A stretch of DNA of 64,000 nt, from positions 96,001 to 160,000 of the forward strand of contig JBIPSI010000004.1 of the NCBI GenBank assembly GCA_044070495.1. Reading direction: 5' to 3'. How positions within the stretch are numbered: the first letter of the stretch is position 1; every line of letters starts with the position of its first letter. The notes under the pieces are model-generated. The model was not told where the DNA came from. It saw only the letters and a list, made by a program, of their open reading frames with translations, and did not search any database. The DNA comes from Spirulina sp. GTDB taxonomy: Bacteria; Cyanobacteriota; Cyanobacteriia; Phormidesmidales; Phormidesmidaceae. Shown here piece by piece: positions 1 to 11,037 of the stretch. A program made the translations under genes and the position numbers.

Positions 1-176
1 TGGAGGTAGGTACCGATGCCGATGACGTAGCCAATGTCGTCTTTTTCAGCTAGCTTTTCTCCGATATTTTTGCCAGGAAAGGTGCCATCGTTACGGATTA
101 CCTTGAGTACCCGCACGCGATCACCCAAATCAAAAATAGGTGGAGAGTCAATTTCTATGGTGTCAGGAAGTTTCAT
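1..176 (-). CDS. nifZ: NifZ nitrogenase maturation protein (N-terminal part, runs off window)
   Basis: Hand translation from ATG 176: MKLPDTIEIDSPPIFDLGDRVRVLKVIRNDGTFPGKNIGEKLAEKDDIGYVIGIGTYL, with the NifZ RNDGTFPG...GYV..IG motif; lies downstream of nifK. Confidence 0.85.
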   Translation of the reverse strand, partial: MKLPDTIEIDSPPIFDLGDRVRVLKVIRNDGTFPGKNIGEKLAEKDDIGYVIGIGTYL

Positions 177-216
177 CGTAGAAAATGGAATCTATGGTCA
201 ACAAGAATAGGCACTA

Positions 217-263
217 AAACGGGGATGGGCGGATAGATGAAACAGGCATCTACCCGCCCAATC
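217..263 (-). terminator. Hairpin plus T-tract after nifK
   Basis: Minus strand GGGCGGGTAGATG-CCTGTTT-CATCTATCCGCCC followed by GTTTT. Confidence 0.55.
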
Positions 264-266
264 GGG

Positions 267-1838
267 TTAGCGAATCAGGTCGAAGGAGATGTCTTGACCG
301 ACAACGCCAGTCTTGGCATCGGCTTCTTCTAGGAAGGCATTCACCAACCAGGTGATCTGATTCAGGGCACCCTGGTAGCCCAGGGTGGCGTAGCGGTGCA
401 TGTGGTGGCGATCAAAGATCGGATAGCCAATGCGCAGTAGCGGGGTGTTCGTATCGCGGGAAAGGAACTTGCCGTAGGAGTTGCCAATCAGCAAATCCAC
501 AGGTTCCGTGAACAGCAGGGAGCGCAGGTGCCACAGATCTTTGTTGCACCACACCGTGGCATCTTTGCCGTAAGGACTAGCCTCCAAAATGGCGCGGGCT
601 TCCGCTTCAAAGGCATCGTTTTGGGTGCCAATTAAGACATGAACAGGCTCAGCGCCAAATTCCAGCAGCAGGTTGATCAGGGTAATCACATGATCGGGAT
701 CGCCGTAGACCGCCACCCGCTTGCCATGCACCCAGGATTGGGAATCGGTCATGGCATCAATGGCCCGTCCCCGTTCCACTTGTAATTCCTTGGGAATTGG
801 CTTGCCCGTAATGGTGGATAGGTTCATCAAGAACTCATCGGTACCGCGAATGCCAAAGGGCCGGAAATTGTAGGTCTTTTGGCTCCCTTCCTTGGTCAGG
901 AATTCCTGGCTCTTGGGTGTGGTGTACTTCTGGAAGAAGAAGCTACCTTCGGCATTGATGCTATCCGCCGCGTCCTCTAGGGTGGTTAGCCCATTGTACA
1001 TTTTGAATTCGCCCGTATTGGGAGAATCAAAGGCATCGGAGTTGTCGGAGAGAATGGTGTAGTCAATCCCAAAGAGATCCAGAATCCGCTTCAGTTCGCG
1101 AGTGTTGCCCACGTAGGGATCAAAACCCAGGTTGAAGTTGTATTTGCCGTTGGTGGTTTCGGCTTTTTTGTCCTTGGTCAGCGCCACTAAAATGCCCTTC
1201 AGCATATTGTCGTAGCCCGTGATGTGGGAACCCACAAAACTAGGCGTATGGGCAAAGGGCACCGGGAAGTCTTCAGGGATATGTCCCTCATTTTTGGAGG
1301 TCGTAATAAACGCCCCTAGGTCATCCCCAATTACCTCGGCCATGCAGGTGGTGCAGAGGGCGATCATCTTGGGTTTGTAGATGGTGTAGGCGTTTTCTAG
1401 ACCCTGCTTGAGGTTGCTTAATCCCCCAAATACTGCCGCGTCTTCTGTCATGGAAGAGGAAACCGCCTGGAAGGGTTCTTTGTAGTTCCGGGTCAGGTGA
1501 CTACGGAAGTAGGCGACACAACCCTGGGAACCGTGGCTATAGGGGAGGGTTTCTTCAAAGCCAGCGGCCACAAACAGGGCACCCAGCGGTTGGCAGGCTT
1601 TAGCGGGGTTAACCGTGAGGGCTTCACGGGCAAAGTTCTTTTCCCGGTATTCCCAGGTCTTTGTCCATTCCTCAACTTCAGCAATTTTTTCGTGGCTATG
1701 GGCACCTTCAAACTGGCGCTTATAGGCGAACAATTCCTTATATTCTTCGGTTTGGAATAGCTCGAAGTGATCCTTAACTCGGCCTGGGTCTTCGGTGCCG
1801 CAGGGTGTCGGGATAGTGTTGTCAAGATTGTCAGTCAT
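267..1838 (-). CDS. nifK: Nitrogenase MoFe protein beta chain
   Basis: NPAKACQP, HGSQGCVAYFR, CTTCMAEVIGDD, C-terminal SFDLIR; start moved to ATG 1838 behind AAGGAGAG. Confidence 0.97.
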   Translation of the reverse strand: MTDNLDNTIPTPCGTEDPGRVKDHFELFQTEEYKELFAYKRQFEGAHSHEKIAEVEEWTKTWEYREKNFAREALTVNPAKACQPLGALFVAAGFEETLPYSHGSQGCVAYFRSHLTRNYKEPFQAVSSSMTEDAAVFGGLSNLKQGLENAYTIYKPKMIALCTTCMAEVIGDDLGAFITTSKNEGHIPEDFPVPFAHTPSFVGSHITGYDNMLKGILVALTKDKKAETTNGKYNFNLGFDPYVGNTRELKRILDLFGIDYTILSDNSDAFDSPNTGEFKMYNGLTTLEDAADSINAEGSFFFQKYTTPKSQEFLTKEGSQKTYNFRPFGIRGTDEFLMNLSTITGKPIPKELQVERGRAIDAMTDSQSWVHGKRVAVYGDPDHVITLINLLLEFGAEPVHVLIGTQNDAFEAEARAILEASPYGKDATVWCNKDLWHLRSLLFTEPVDLLIGNSYGKFLSRDTNTPLLRIGYPIFDRHHMHRYATLGYQGALNQITWLVNAFLEEADAKTGVVGQDISFDLIR

Positions 1839-1928
1839 GATGCTCTCCTTATGGGGAGGTGGAGATGGGTCGATGGGCTGAGGTTTGGGGGGATAGGGGC
1901 ACAGGGTCATGCACCCCTATCCGTAGGG

Positions 1929-3377
1929 CTAGGCGTTTTCCCAAGGGGTTTTCACCAGACCCCAGGTGGGGTTATTGATGGCCAAATCCATGTCACGGGC
2001 AAAGACTTCAAAGCCTTCATAGCCGTGGTAGGGGCCAGAGTAATCCCAGGAGTGCATTTGGCGGAAGGGAACAGCCATTTTCTGGAAGACGTACTTCTCT
2101 TTCACCCCAGAGGCAATCAAGTCGGGCTTGAGCTGTTTGGCAAATTCTTCAAACTCATAGCCGCTGACATCGTCGTAAATAACGGTGCCGTCTTTCACGT
2201 AATCGAGGGTGCGTTTGTAGTCGTCACCATGGCCAAATTCATAGCCCGTGCCGATCACGTTCATGCCCAGATCTTCAAAGGCAGGAATGACGTGGCGAGG
2301 ACGGAGTCCACCCACCATAATCATCACCGTTTTGCCTTCCAAACGAGGCCGATATTTGGCGATAATTTGATCCATCCGGGCTTGGTTCGCAGCGATCACT
2401 TCTTCCGCTTTGGCCTGAATCGTATCGTCAAATTGTTCGGCAATCTTCCGCAGGGACTTGGCAATTTGGGTGGGGCCGAAGAAGTTGTACTCTAGCCAGC
2501 CAATGCCGTATTTTTCCTCCATGAATCGGCAGATGTAGTTCATCGACCGATAGCAGTGGATCAGGTTCAGTTTGGCCAGGGGGGTCATCACCACTTCGTT
2601 GAAGGTGCCATCTCCAGAGAAGTGACACAGCACCCGTAGGCCCATGGCTTCTAGCAGTTTACGGCTGGGCCAAGCATCTCCACCAATGTTGTAGTCACCG
2701 ATGATGTTGACATCGTAGGGGCCGGGTTCAAAGCCTTCGGGCAGTTTGCGATACTCATCGGCCTTGGGCAGCACCCAGTCGCGCACGGTGTCGTTGGCAA
2801 TGTGGTGGCCGAGGGATTGGGAAACGCCCCGGAATCCTTCACAACGTACCGGAATAACGGGCTTGCCCGTATCCTTAGCCTTGGCGCGGGCGACGGCTTC
2901 AATGTCATCCCCAATCAAACCCACAGGACATTCCGATTCAATCGTAACGCCTTGGTTGAGGGGGAAGAGATCTTCCACTTCATCAATCAGTTGGGCCAGC
3001 TTTTTGTCACCCCCAAAAACGATATCGCGCTCTTGGAAATCAGAGGTGAATTGCATCGTACCAAAGCTATCTACCCCGGTGGTGCCTACATAGTAGTTGC
3101 GGCGACCTGCCCAGGAATAGTAACCACAACCCACAGGCCCATGGCTGAGGTGAACCATGTCTTTAATTGGCCCATAAACTACCCCTTTTGCCCCTGCAAA
3201 AGCGCAGCCACGGGTGGTCATCACACCAGGAACGGATTTTTTGTTGGACTTTGCACCACAGTCAGATTCGCCTTCAGCGTGAACATCGAGGTGCTTTGCC
3301 CGAAGTTTTTTCGCCTTTGCAGGATAGGCTTCTAGAACCTCCTGAATCAGCGCCTTTCTGTCTTCTACGGTAGTCAT
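1929..3377 (-). CDS. nifD: Nitrogenase MoFe protein alpha chain, uninterrupted
   Basis: [43 protein letters not shown]. Confidence 0.98.
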   Translation of the reverse strand: MTTVEDRKALIQEVLEAYPAKAKKLRAKHLDVHAEGESDCGAKSNKKSVPGVMTTRGCAFAGAKGVVYGPIKDMVHLSHGPVGCGYYSWAGRRNYYVGTTGVDSFGTMQFTSDFQERDIVFGGDKKLAQLIDEVEDLFPLNQGVTIESECPVGLIGDDIEAVARAKAKDTGKPVIPVRCEGFRGVSQSLGHHIANDTVRDWVLPKADEYRKLPEGFEPGPYDVNIIGDYNIGGDAWPSRKLLEAMGLRVLCHFSGDGTFNEVVMTPLAKLNLIHCYRSMNYICRFMEEKYGIGWLEYNFFGPTQIAKSLRKIAEQFDDTIQAKAEEVIAANQARMDQIIAKYRPRLEGKTVMIMVGGLRPRHVIPAFEDLGMNVIGTGYEFGHGDDYKRTLDYVKDGTVIYDDVSGYEFEEFAKQLKPDLIASGVKEKYVFQKMAVPFRQMHSWDYSGPYHGYEGFEVFARDMDLAINNPTWGLVKTPWENA

Positions 3378-3422
3378 GATGCCCTCTCAGATAGGGTGAA
3401 ATGGGTCTTGGGTTGAGTGTGT

Positions 3423-3485
3423 AGATCCCAGGGTTCTGCTGGGGTAAGTCAGGGTTTAGGAGGCTAGACAAGAACCCTGGGATCT
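3423..3485. repeat. AGATCCCAGGGTTCT/AGAACCCTGGGATCT inverted-repeat family (also ~32000-32066, 39227-39259, 40688-40719)
   Basis: Same 15-bp arms at four intergenic sites with variable loops. Confidence 0.85.
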
Positions 3486-3498
3486 GGCTTAAAGGAAC

Positions 3499-4440
<942 letters not shown>

Positions 4441-4536
4441 TCAGGCAAGGGCCTGGAATAAAAGTGAAGCGGGCCGGGGGATCTCGTCCGGCGTGGGGAA
4501 TAGGTAGGGGATACATGGTGGAGGGAGGAGGGGAAT

Positions 4537-4596
4537 AATTCAAAGTTCAAAATTAAAAAGGAAAAATTTTGAACTTTGAACTTTGAACTTTGAATT
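4537..4596. repeat. Heptamer short tandem repeats (TTTGAAC) with inverted copies forming a hairpin between nifU and nifH
   Basis: AATTCAAAGTTCAAAATT ... AATTTTGAACTTTGAACTTTGAACTTTGAATT. Confidence 0.85.
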
Positions 4597-4599
4597 CGA

Positions 4600-5547
4600 C
4601 TAAATTGCTTCAACCACGAGGGTTGGTAACACCAGATCCTTTAATTTCGCCTCAATGGCATACTTCAAGGTGTCGGTGCTACTGGCGCAGGAACCACAGG
4701 CTCCTTGGAGTTTGACCAGGACGCGATCACCGTCTACATCGTGCAGTTGTAAATCGCCGCCATCAGCGATTAGAATCGGACGAATTTCTTGATCCAAAAC
4801 AGTTTGGATCATCATAATTTTCTGCAAATTGGTGAGGACAGGAATTGTGACCGATTCGGGATCGTCTGAAGCTTGAACAGTGAGCACAGGATTAGCGTTA
4901 GGCTGACTCCGTTGTTTCTGTTCAACCGCTAGTTCTGCGGCAGCCTTAACGGTTTCGGCAGACTGTTTGGCATCTGAGATAATGTCTTCAATATTGGCTA
5001 AACAAGATCCACAGCCGCCGCCCGCTTTCACGTAGTTGGTGACTTGTTCAACGGTGTCGAGATCGTTTTCGGCAATGGCGCGACGGATTTTCTTTTCGGT
5101 AATACCGTAGCAGGCGCAAACTAGGCTACCTTCGTCATCATCATGGGCTTCGATGGTAATGCCACGATACTTGTAGATGGCAGCTTCGAGGGCTTCCTGT
5201 CCCATTACTGAACAGTGCATTTTGGCTTCGGGTAATCCGCCCAGGAAATCAGCGATGTCGTGGTTGCTGATGTTCAGGGCTTCGTCCAGGGTTTTGCCCT
5301 TGATGATTTCCGTCAATGCCGAAGAAGAAGCAATGGCGCTGGTGCAACCAAAGGTCTGAAATCGGGCATCCAAAATGCTGTCCGTTGCGGTTTGAATCTT
5401 CAGGTGTAGTCGCAGGGCGTCGCCGCAGGCAATGCTGCCCACCTCCCCAAACACCACTGCCACATCCGGCTGATTCGGGTCTTCAATTGTGCCCTGGTTG
5501 AGGGGGTTGTAGAAGAGTTCGAGTACTTTTTCGGAGTAGTCCCACAT
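4600..5547 (-). CDS. nifU: Fe-S cluster scaffold NifU
   Basis: Start MWDYSEKV at 5547; ACGDAL, FGCTSAIASSS, KMHCSVMG, CxC...GGGCGSC, C-terminal Nfu domain DGGD...GACGSC. Confidence 0.96.
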   Translation of the reverse strand: MWDYSEKVLELFYNPLNQGTIEDPNQPDVAVVFGEVGSIACGDALRLHLKIQTATDSILDARFQTFGCTSAIASSSALTEIIKGKTLDEALNISNHDIADFLGGLPEAKMHCSVMGQEALEAAIYKYRGITIEAHDDDEGSLVCACYGITEKKIRRAIAENDLDTVEQVTNYVKAGGGCGSCLANIEDIISDAKQSAETVKAAAELAVEQKQRSQPNANPVLTVQASDDPESVTIPVLTNLQKIMMIQTVLDQEIRPILIADGGDLQLHDVDGDRVLVKLQGACGSCASSTDTLKYAIEAKLKDLVLPTLVVEAI

Positions 5548-5671
5548 GGCGGTTTCGGGGGGTGAAGGATGGATGGTGAGGCAGGGTGGGGCGGGGTGGT
5601 GGGGTGGTGGGGTGGTGAAGGGGGGCTTTCTGGCCTCGCTATCTCGCCATCTTGCTACCTCACCATCTCCC

Positions 5672-6865
5672 CTAGGTCGCAACAGCCAAATCTCGCTCCT
5701 GCAACCACTCGGCTTGGTCGTTGTTGAAGGGGGACATGGCCCGCAGGCGGTCTACGATGTCGGGCATGACGTTGAGGACTTCGCGGACTTCGGCTTCGGT
5801 GGTGTAGCGGGAGAGGCTAAACCGGATGGAGCCGTGGAGGATGGTGTAGGGCAGGCCCATGGCGGTGAGAACGTGGGAGGGGTCGAGGCTGCCGGAGGTG
5901 CAGGCGGAACCGGAGGAGGCGCAGATGCCGTATTTGTTGAGCATGAACAGGATGGCCTCGCCTTCGATGTATTTGAAGCCGATGTTGGTGGTGTTGGGCA
6001 GTCGGGCCGCGCCGCCGCCGTTGACGACGGTATCGGGGATGGTGGCCAGAATGCCGTATTCCAGCATGTCCCGCAGTTCCGCTTCCCGTTGGGTGTGGGC
6101 GAGGCTGAGTTGGGCCAGTTCCGCCGCTTTGCCCAGGGCCACAATGCCGGGGACGTTGTGGGTGCCTGCCCGACGACTACGCTCTTGGTGTCCGCCCAGG
6201 AGAAAGGGCCGGAAACGGAAGCCTTTCCGCACATAGAGGGCACCGATGCCCTTGGGGGCGTGCAGCTTGTGGCCGGACAGAGTGAGCAGGTCGATGGTGC
6301 TGGTGGCCAGGTCGATGGGGAGTTTGCCCGCCGCTTGGACGGCATCTACATGGAAGGTGGCTCCGTAGGCTTTGGCGATTTCACCGATTTTTTCGACCGG
6401 GAAAATCACCCCGGTTTCGTTGTTGGCCACCATGGTGGTGACGAGGGCCGTTCCCCCGGTCATGGCCGCTTCCAGTTCCGCCAAATCCAGTTCGCCACGC
6501 TCGTTCACCGAGAGGTAGGTGACGGTGTAGCCCTTTTTCTCCAGGTGCTTGCACACTTCCAGGATGGCTGGGTGCTCCACCGCCGTGGTGACGATGTGGC
6601 GCTTGTCGGGCTGGGCTGCGAGGGCGGCATGGATAGCGGTATTGTTGCCTTCACTGCCGCAGCTATTGAAGATAATCTCCGTCGGTTTGGCCCCCAGCAG
6701 GGTCGCCACCTGGTCGCGGGCCTCCTCAATCACCGCCCCCACTTGGCCACCAAAGCTGTGCATGGATGAGGGATTGCCGTACAACTCGCTCAGGTAGGGC
6801 AGCATTGCAGCCAAGACATCGGGGTCGGTGCGGGTGGTTGCGTTGTTGTCGAGATAAATAACCAT
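5672..6865 (-). CDS. nifS: Cysteine desulfurase NifS
   Basis: IYLDNNATT, SGHKLHAPKG, SSGSACTS. Confidence 0.97.
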   Translation of the reverse strand: MVIYLDNNATTRTDPDVLAAMLPYLSELYGNPSSMHSFGGQVGAVIEEARDQVATLLGAKPTEIIFNSCGSEGNNTAIHAALAAQPDKRHIVTTAVEHPAILEVCKHLEKKGYTVTYLSVNERGELDLAELEAAMTGGTALVTTMVANNETGVIFPVEKIGEIAKAYGATFHVDAVQAAGKLPIDLATSTIDLLTLSGHKLHAPKGIGALYVRKGFRFRPFLLGGHQERSRRAGTHNVPGIVALGKAAELAQLSLAHTQREAELRDMLEYGILATIPDTVVNGGGAARLPNTTNIGFKYIEGEAILFMLNKYGICASSGSACTSGSLDPSHVLTAMGLPYTILHGSIRFSLSRYTTEAEVREVLNVMPDIVDRLRAMSPFNNDQAEWLQERDLAVAT

Positions 6866-6882
6866 GGCGGGTAGGGAAGGTG

Positions 6883-6974
6883 GGGAGTCGGGAGTCGGGA
6901 ATCGGGAGTCGGGAATCAGGCGTCGAAACTTTCCGGTTCCCCTCTCCCACGGGGAGAGGGGCTAGGGGTGAGGG
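6883..6974. repeat. GGGA(G/A)TC heptamer tandem repeat plus CCCCTCTCCC/GGGAGAGGGG palindrome (second copy ~41979-42014)
   Basis: Five GGGARTC units, then CCCCTCTCCCACGGGGAGAGGGGCTAGGGGTGAGGG. Confidence 0.8.
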
Positions 6975-8462
6975 CTACCGCTTCAGCACATGCTGGTCAT
7001 AGAAGCGACGGGCGACGGTTTCGATCACGTCGTAGTCTTCCATCACCACCAGACCCGCTTGGTGCAATTGCTTGCTGGGGCAGGGGCCAATTTTGGCGGC
7101 GAGGACGGCTTTGCAATCGGAAATGGTGTCGATGATGCCTTGCAGCATGGCCTCTTCGCCGTAGCCGCCCTGGCAGTAGTCCGCCACTTTGCGGTGGCTA
7201 ACAAAGGTCGCTCCAGCGGCGTCCACTTCGTAAATCATGAATTCCTTGGCATGGCCGAAGTGTTGATTCACAATGCCGCCGCCCTTGGTGGCTACGGCAA
7301 CCAGAACCTTGGGCGAATCCTCCGATAGCGTGCCGGGAACCCGGGCAGCAGATTCCCGCTTGGCGGCCACGGCGGCCCGTTCCTGCTCAATGCTGAGGTG
7401 AACGGCTTGGCGGGTTTCCAGGCTATAGTCCACGGGCATTTCCATGAACTTCTGCTTGGTGAATTCCTGGCTGCGGTCTTCCCCTAGCAGACCCACCGCA
7501 TCGGCGCGGCATTGGCGGCAGTGGCGCATCAGCTTCATGTTGCCCGCACAACTGTCCTGCACCGCTTTCAGTTCCTTCGGTTTGGGGCCGCGCTGCCCGT
7601 TGAGGCCAAAGTAGGTGCCGTGCTCTGGGGCCGAAATCAGGGGCATGATGTTGTGCAAAAAGGCTCCCCGTTCGCGGATAGCGGCGTTCACCTCCGGCAT
7701 GTGTTCGTCGTTGATGCCGGGAATCAGCACCGAGTTCACTTTGCACAGAATGTCCGCGTCCTTCAGGGCTTGCAACCCCTCCATCTGCCGTTCATGCAGA
7801 ATGCGAACCCCTTCAATGCCCCGGTAGCGCTTGCGGCGGAAGTGCACCCAGGGGTAGATTTTGGCCCCAATTTCCGGGTCGATCATATTAATGGTGATCG
7901 TCACGTGGTCGATGTTGAGGGCTTTGATGCGATCCACATAGTCCGGCAGCATCAGGCCATTGGTGGAGAGGCAGAGCTTGATGTCGGGAGCCTGTTCGGC
8001 AATCAGTTCAAAGGTGCGGAAGGTTTTTTCGGGGTTGGCCAGGGGGTCGCCAGGGCCAGCAATGCCCAGCACCGTCATCTGGGGAATCTTGCCCGCCACC
8101 ACTAAGACTTTGTGGGCCGCTTCCTCTGGAGTCAGCAGTTCGCTCACCACTCCGGGGCGGCTTTCGTTGGCGCAGTCATACTTGCGGTTGCAGTAGTTGC
8201 ACTGAATATTGCAGGCTGGGGCCACCGCAACGTGCATCCGGGCATAGTGGTGGTGGGCCGCTTCGCTATAGCAGGGGTGCTGTTCAATCCGGGCTCTCAT
8301 GCTGTCACTGAGGCCATCGGCGGTTTCCGTGGTGCTACATCCAGCGGTGCTAGCGCAACCACCCGCAGATTTCACCACCGTTTTCGTCTTCGTCAGAGTA
8401 ATGTCCAGATCGGGCGTCGCGGAGGGCGCGGAGGTCAGGGCAGAGGCTGGCAGTGGCGTCAT
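6975..8462 (-). CDS. nifB: FeMo-cofactor biosynthesis radical SAM protein NifB
   Basis: [25 protein letters not shown]-terminal NifX-like domain (HFGHA); probable start MTPLP at 8462. Confidence 0.96.
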   Translation of the reverse strand: MTPLPASALTSAPSATPDLDITLTKTKTVVKSAGGCASTAGCSTTETADGLSDSMRARIEQHPCYSEAAHHHYARMHVAVAPACNIQCNYCNRKYDCANESRPGVVSELLTPEEAAHKVLVVAGKIPQMTVLGIAGPGDPLANPEKTFRTFELIAEQAPDIKLCLSTNGLMLPDYVDRIKALNIDHVTITINMIDPEIGAKIYPWVHFRRKRYRGIEGVRILHERQMEGLQALKDADILCKVNSVLIPGINDEHMPEVNAAIRERGAFLHNIMPLISAPEHGTYFGLNGQRGPKPKELKAVQDSCAGNMKLMRHCRQCRADAVGLLGEDRSQEFTKQKFMEMPVDYSLETRQAVHLSIEQERAAVAAKRESAARVPGTLSEDSPKVLVAVATKGGGIVNQHFGHAKEFMIYEVDAAGATFVSHRKVADYCQGGYGEEAMLQGIIDTISDCKAVLAAKIGPCPSKQLHQAGLVVMEDYDVIETVARRFYDQHVLKR

Positions 8463-8524
8463 GGGTTTTGGGAGGTAGGGGTGAGTGCGATAGCGGGTGG
8501 TTGGGTGGGTGGATCGGCTAAGTC

Positions 8525-8545
8525 GTAGGGTGGGCACTGCCCACC
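8525..8545 (+). repeat. GTAG-type REP palindrome (related copies ~9482, 23541, 26117/26218, 28028-28113, 35344, 52015)
   Basis: GTAG followed by a GC-rich hairpin, e.g. GTAGGGTGGGCACTGCCCACC; some copies occur as inverted doublets. Confidence 0.75.
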
Positions 8546-8855
8546 AAAGGTTTGACAGGAGGAATTTGACGGCAGGCCAAAACCCTCGATGTTCCGCCAA
8601 TGGCCGATGGGTGGTTCCCAAATCAGGGGAACAGAACCCATCAACCACGGCACCGCTTCGTCGCTCCCGAAAGTGATTTCCTAGGGTGGTTGGGGTGCAG
8701 AAATCGCTTTTGGTCTCAAGATCTGAGGGAGACCTTCTCAGGACTTGGCAAGGCGTCGAGGTAAAGGGGCTTAACTAGCCAGGGTTGACGTTGCCTGTCC
8801 TGGGGAGATGCTCACTTCAGCGCTTGAGTAACGCTGGGTGCTTGGCGTTGAAAGA

Positions 8856-9046
8856 GTTATAGCAACGGGGTTATTACGGACTTGCCACAACGGCCCGCTA
8901 GGGATGATTGAATGATTAGGGCTGTACTCGAAGCCCGGTACCCTTGACTCCGCAAGGGTTAGAATTTTTTTTGAAGATAGAGGTACAGGTCTTTTCCTGC
9001 ACTCGGCCTGACATTAAGGATAGGCAAATCTTTATTTCTGTACTCA
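8856..9046 (-). promoter_or_regulatory. Putative nifB promoter with upstream GAGTACA-type motifs
   Basis: Minus-strand TGCTATAAC (8864-8856, extended -10-like); CGAGTACA (8923-8930), CGAGTGCA (8998-9005), TGAGTACA (9039-9046). Confidence 0.55.
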
Positions 9047-9577
9047 GGTTAAACCTGCATTTTGCCTAGCTTTTGGACAATTTTTATCGCCCAAAAAAAG
9101 GGATTCTGCTGACCACTCAAAAACGCAGATTAGGCATCCTCTGATACAAAATGAGGCGCTACCTTGCCCTAGCCAAATATTAAACTGTATCGGCTCTAGC
9201 GGTTTCAAAGTCGTAAAAGTAGTTCACGTAACAATTATGAATTAAGAAACGTTACAGCCGTCTCCGCGCAACCCTGCAACCCCAAAGCAGCACCACGGTA
9301 GTCTTAGCTGACGAACCACACTGGCGTTGCTAAATCAAGGGATAAATCGGAGATTGACACCCTTCCGATTTCGTTCAGAATTCCGCGAAATCATCCAGCT
9401 ATCCAGCCATGACGCAAAGCTGACCAGACCTCGGATCCATCCAAGGATCAGAGAACCTGCCCCCTACCATATCCACAGGATGTAGGGGCGCGGTTGCCGC
9501 GCCTGGTGCAACATCTTTCGTCAATCAACCAGGGGTGACGATGCTGTTGATTGCGATACCGCTGGGGGCGCTGGCCT

Positions 9578-9853
9578 TTAAAAATCCCCGGTCAAACGCC
9601 GTTCAAATTCTTGGCGTACGCCTTCAACAATCTCCAAGGCTTGGGGATAGATATCGCTATGGGTGTCCTTCAACCAAGCCAGCAGGCGACTGAACTGGGC
9701 ATTGCGTAGGTCCAGATCGGCCTGAAAAATGGTGGCCGTGGCCATGTGCTTGGCGTACTGAATGGGATGCCCCTGGCGCACAAACTCGCTGGTCAACGCC
9801 AGCAGCGCATCCTTGCGAATGTCGTCTTGGTCGGGGGTGGGGGGAAAATTCAT
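9578..9853 (-). CDS. Small hypothetical protein
   Basis: 91-aa ORF with protein-like composition and an upstream GAGG. Confidence 0.7.
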   Translation of the reverse strand: MNFPPTPDQDDIRKDALLALTSEFVRQGHPIQYAKHMATATIFQADLDLRNAQFSRLLAWLKDTHSDIYPQALEIVEGVRQEFERRLTGDF

Positions 9854-10084
9854 GACAAAGCAGCCTCACGGTACATCGGGAGGGGAAAAGGGTCTCGAAT
9901 TGTGTTTAGGATGCCCAAGAGCGACCTAAGGGACGATACCTAGGCCACCCCTGTTACAAAAATCAACCACACCAATCAACGGTGGACTCGCCTAGGCGTT
10001 CGGATACTTTGGATTAGCCGCAAATGAATGAGCCACAATGCAGCCCTGGGGAATCGGGGGATCCAAGCAGGATTTGGTCTTGGG

Positions 10085-10945
10085 CTAGCCGTGCTCCTGG
10101 GATGGTGCTTTAACCAAGGTGATGAGGGTGACTTCTGGCGGGCAGCGCCAGCGCCCTGGGGCATAGGTGCCCAGCCCCCGGTTAACGTAGAGCCAACTGG
10201 GGCCAGTCTGATTTTGGGGCACCGCATGGAGGCCTGAGGCCCATTCCCAATGCTGCAAAGTATGGGCACTCCTGCGCTTGAGGGGGGGCAGGGGCAAGAG
10301 GGTCGCCAATCCTCGCCGGAACCGATCCATCCAAGCGGGCACAATGCCCAGCCCCGGCACCACAATTTGTCCGCCATGGGTGTGGCCAGAAAGCTGAAGA
10401 TCCACCCGCCAGGGCGCAAGCCGCACGGCGCTATCGGGGTTATGGGACAACACCAATCGCGGTGTTTCTGAAGGGATGGATGGGAAAATCTTATCCGGCG
10501 CAAAGTCTCGCGACCACAGTTCTGCCAGCCCCACCACCGGGAAATTTGACCCCAGGGGATAGACCACCTGGTTCCACAGGGCTTGGATGCCGACTCGACC
10601 CAGTTCACGCAGCACCACGGATCGATTCCCAGAGCGATGGTTATCGTGATTACCTAGCACCGCCACCACCCCACATCGGCTCTGCAGTTGACGAAGCTCT
10701 TCCGCTAGGCGAGCCATGGGAGATGGGCTGTGGGTGATGTAGTCGCCGGTGAGGGCAATGAGGTCGGGCTGGAGGGCGTTCACCTGGGCAATGGCCTCCT
10801 GGAGGAGGGGCATGGCCAGACGCTGACCATCGTAGTGAAAGTCGGAAAGCTGGGCAACGCGGCACCCCTCCAGGGCCGAAGGGAGGCCGCGAATGGGCAC
10901 GGTGACGGTTTCGAGGGTGAGGGGGCCAACCCAGAGAGGACGCAT
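10085..10945 (-). CDS. Calcineurin-like metallophosphoesterase
   Basis: SDFH, TGDY, GNHD, SHNPD, SGHTHGGQ. Confidence 0.92.
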   Translation of the reverse strand: MRPLWVGPLTLETVTVPIRGLPSALEGCRVAQLSDFHYDGQRLAMPLLQEAIAQVNALQPDLIALTGDYITHSPSPMARLAEELRQLQSRCGVVAVLGNHDNHRSGNRSVVLRELGRVGIQALWNQVVYPLGSNFPVVGLAELWSRDFAPDKIFPSIPSETPRLVLSHNPDSAVRLAPWRVDLQLSGHTHGGQIVVPGLGIVPAWMDRFRRGLATLLPLPPLKRRSAHTLQHWEWASGLHAVPQNQTGPSWLYVNRGLGTYAPGRWRCPPEVTLITLVKAPSQEHG

Positions 10946-11037
10946 AGAGTATGGGGCCGTAGGGATTTAGGCGATATCCAAGGGCCGCTGATCTGGAGCA
11001 CAAACACCCTGTCCAGGGATGGCCTTGGGCATGGGCA

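Noticed and set aside
5546..6769. 407-aa plus-strand ORF
   Set aside because: Antisense shadow of GC-rich nifS; no recognisable motifs
9219..9232. GTA-N8-AAC NtcA-like site
   Set aside because: Imperfect match with no suitably spaced -10 box
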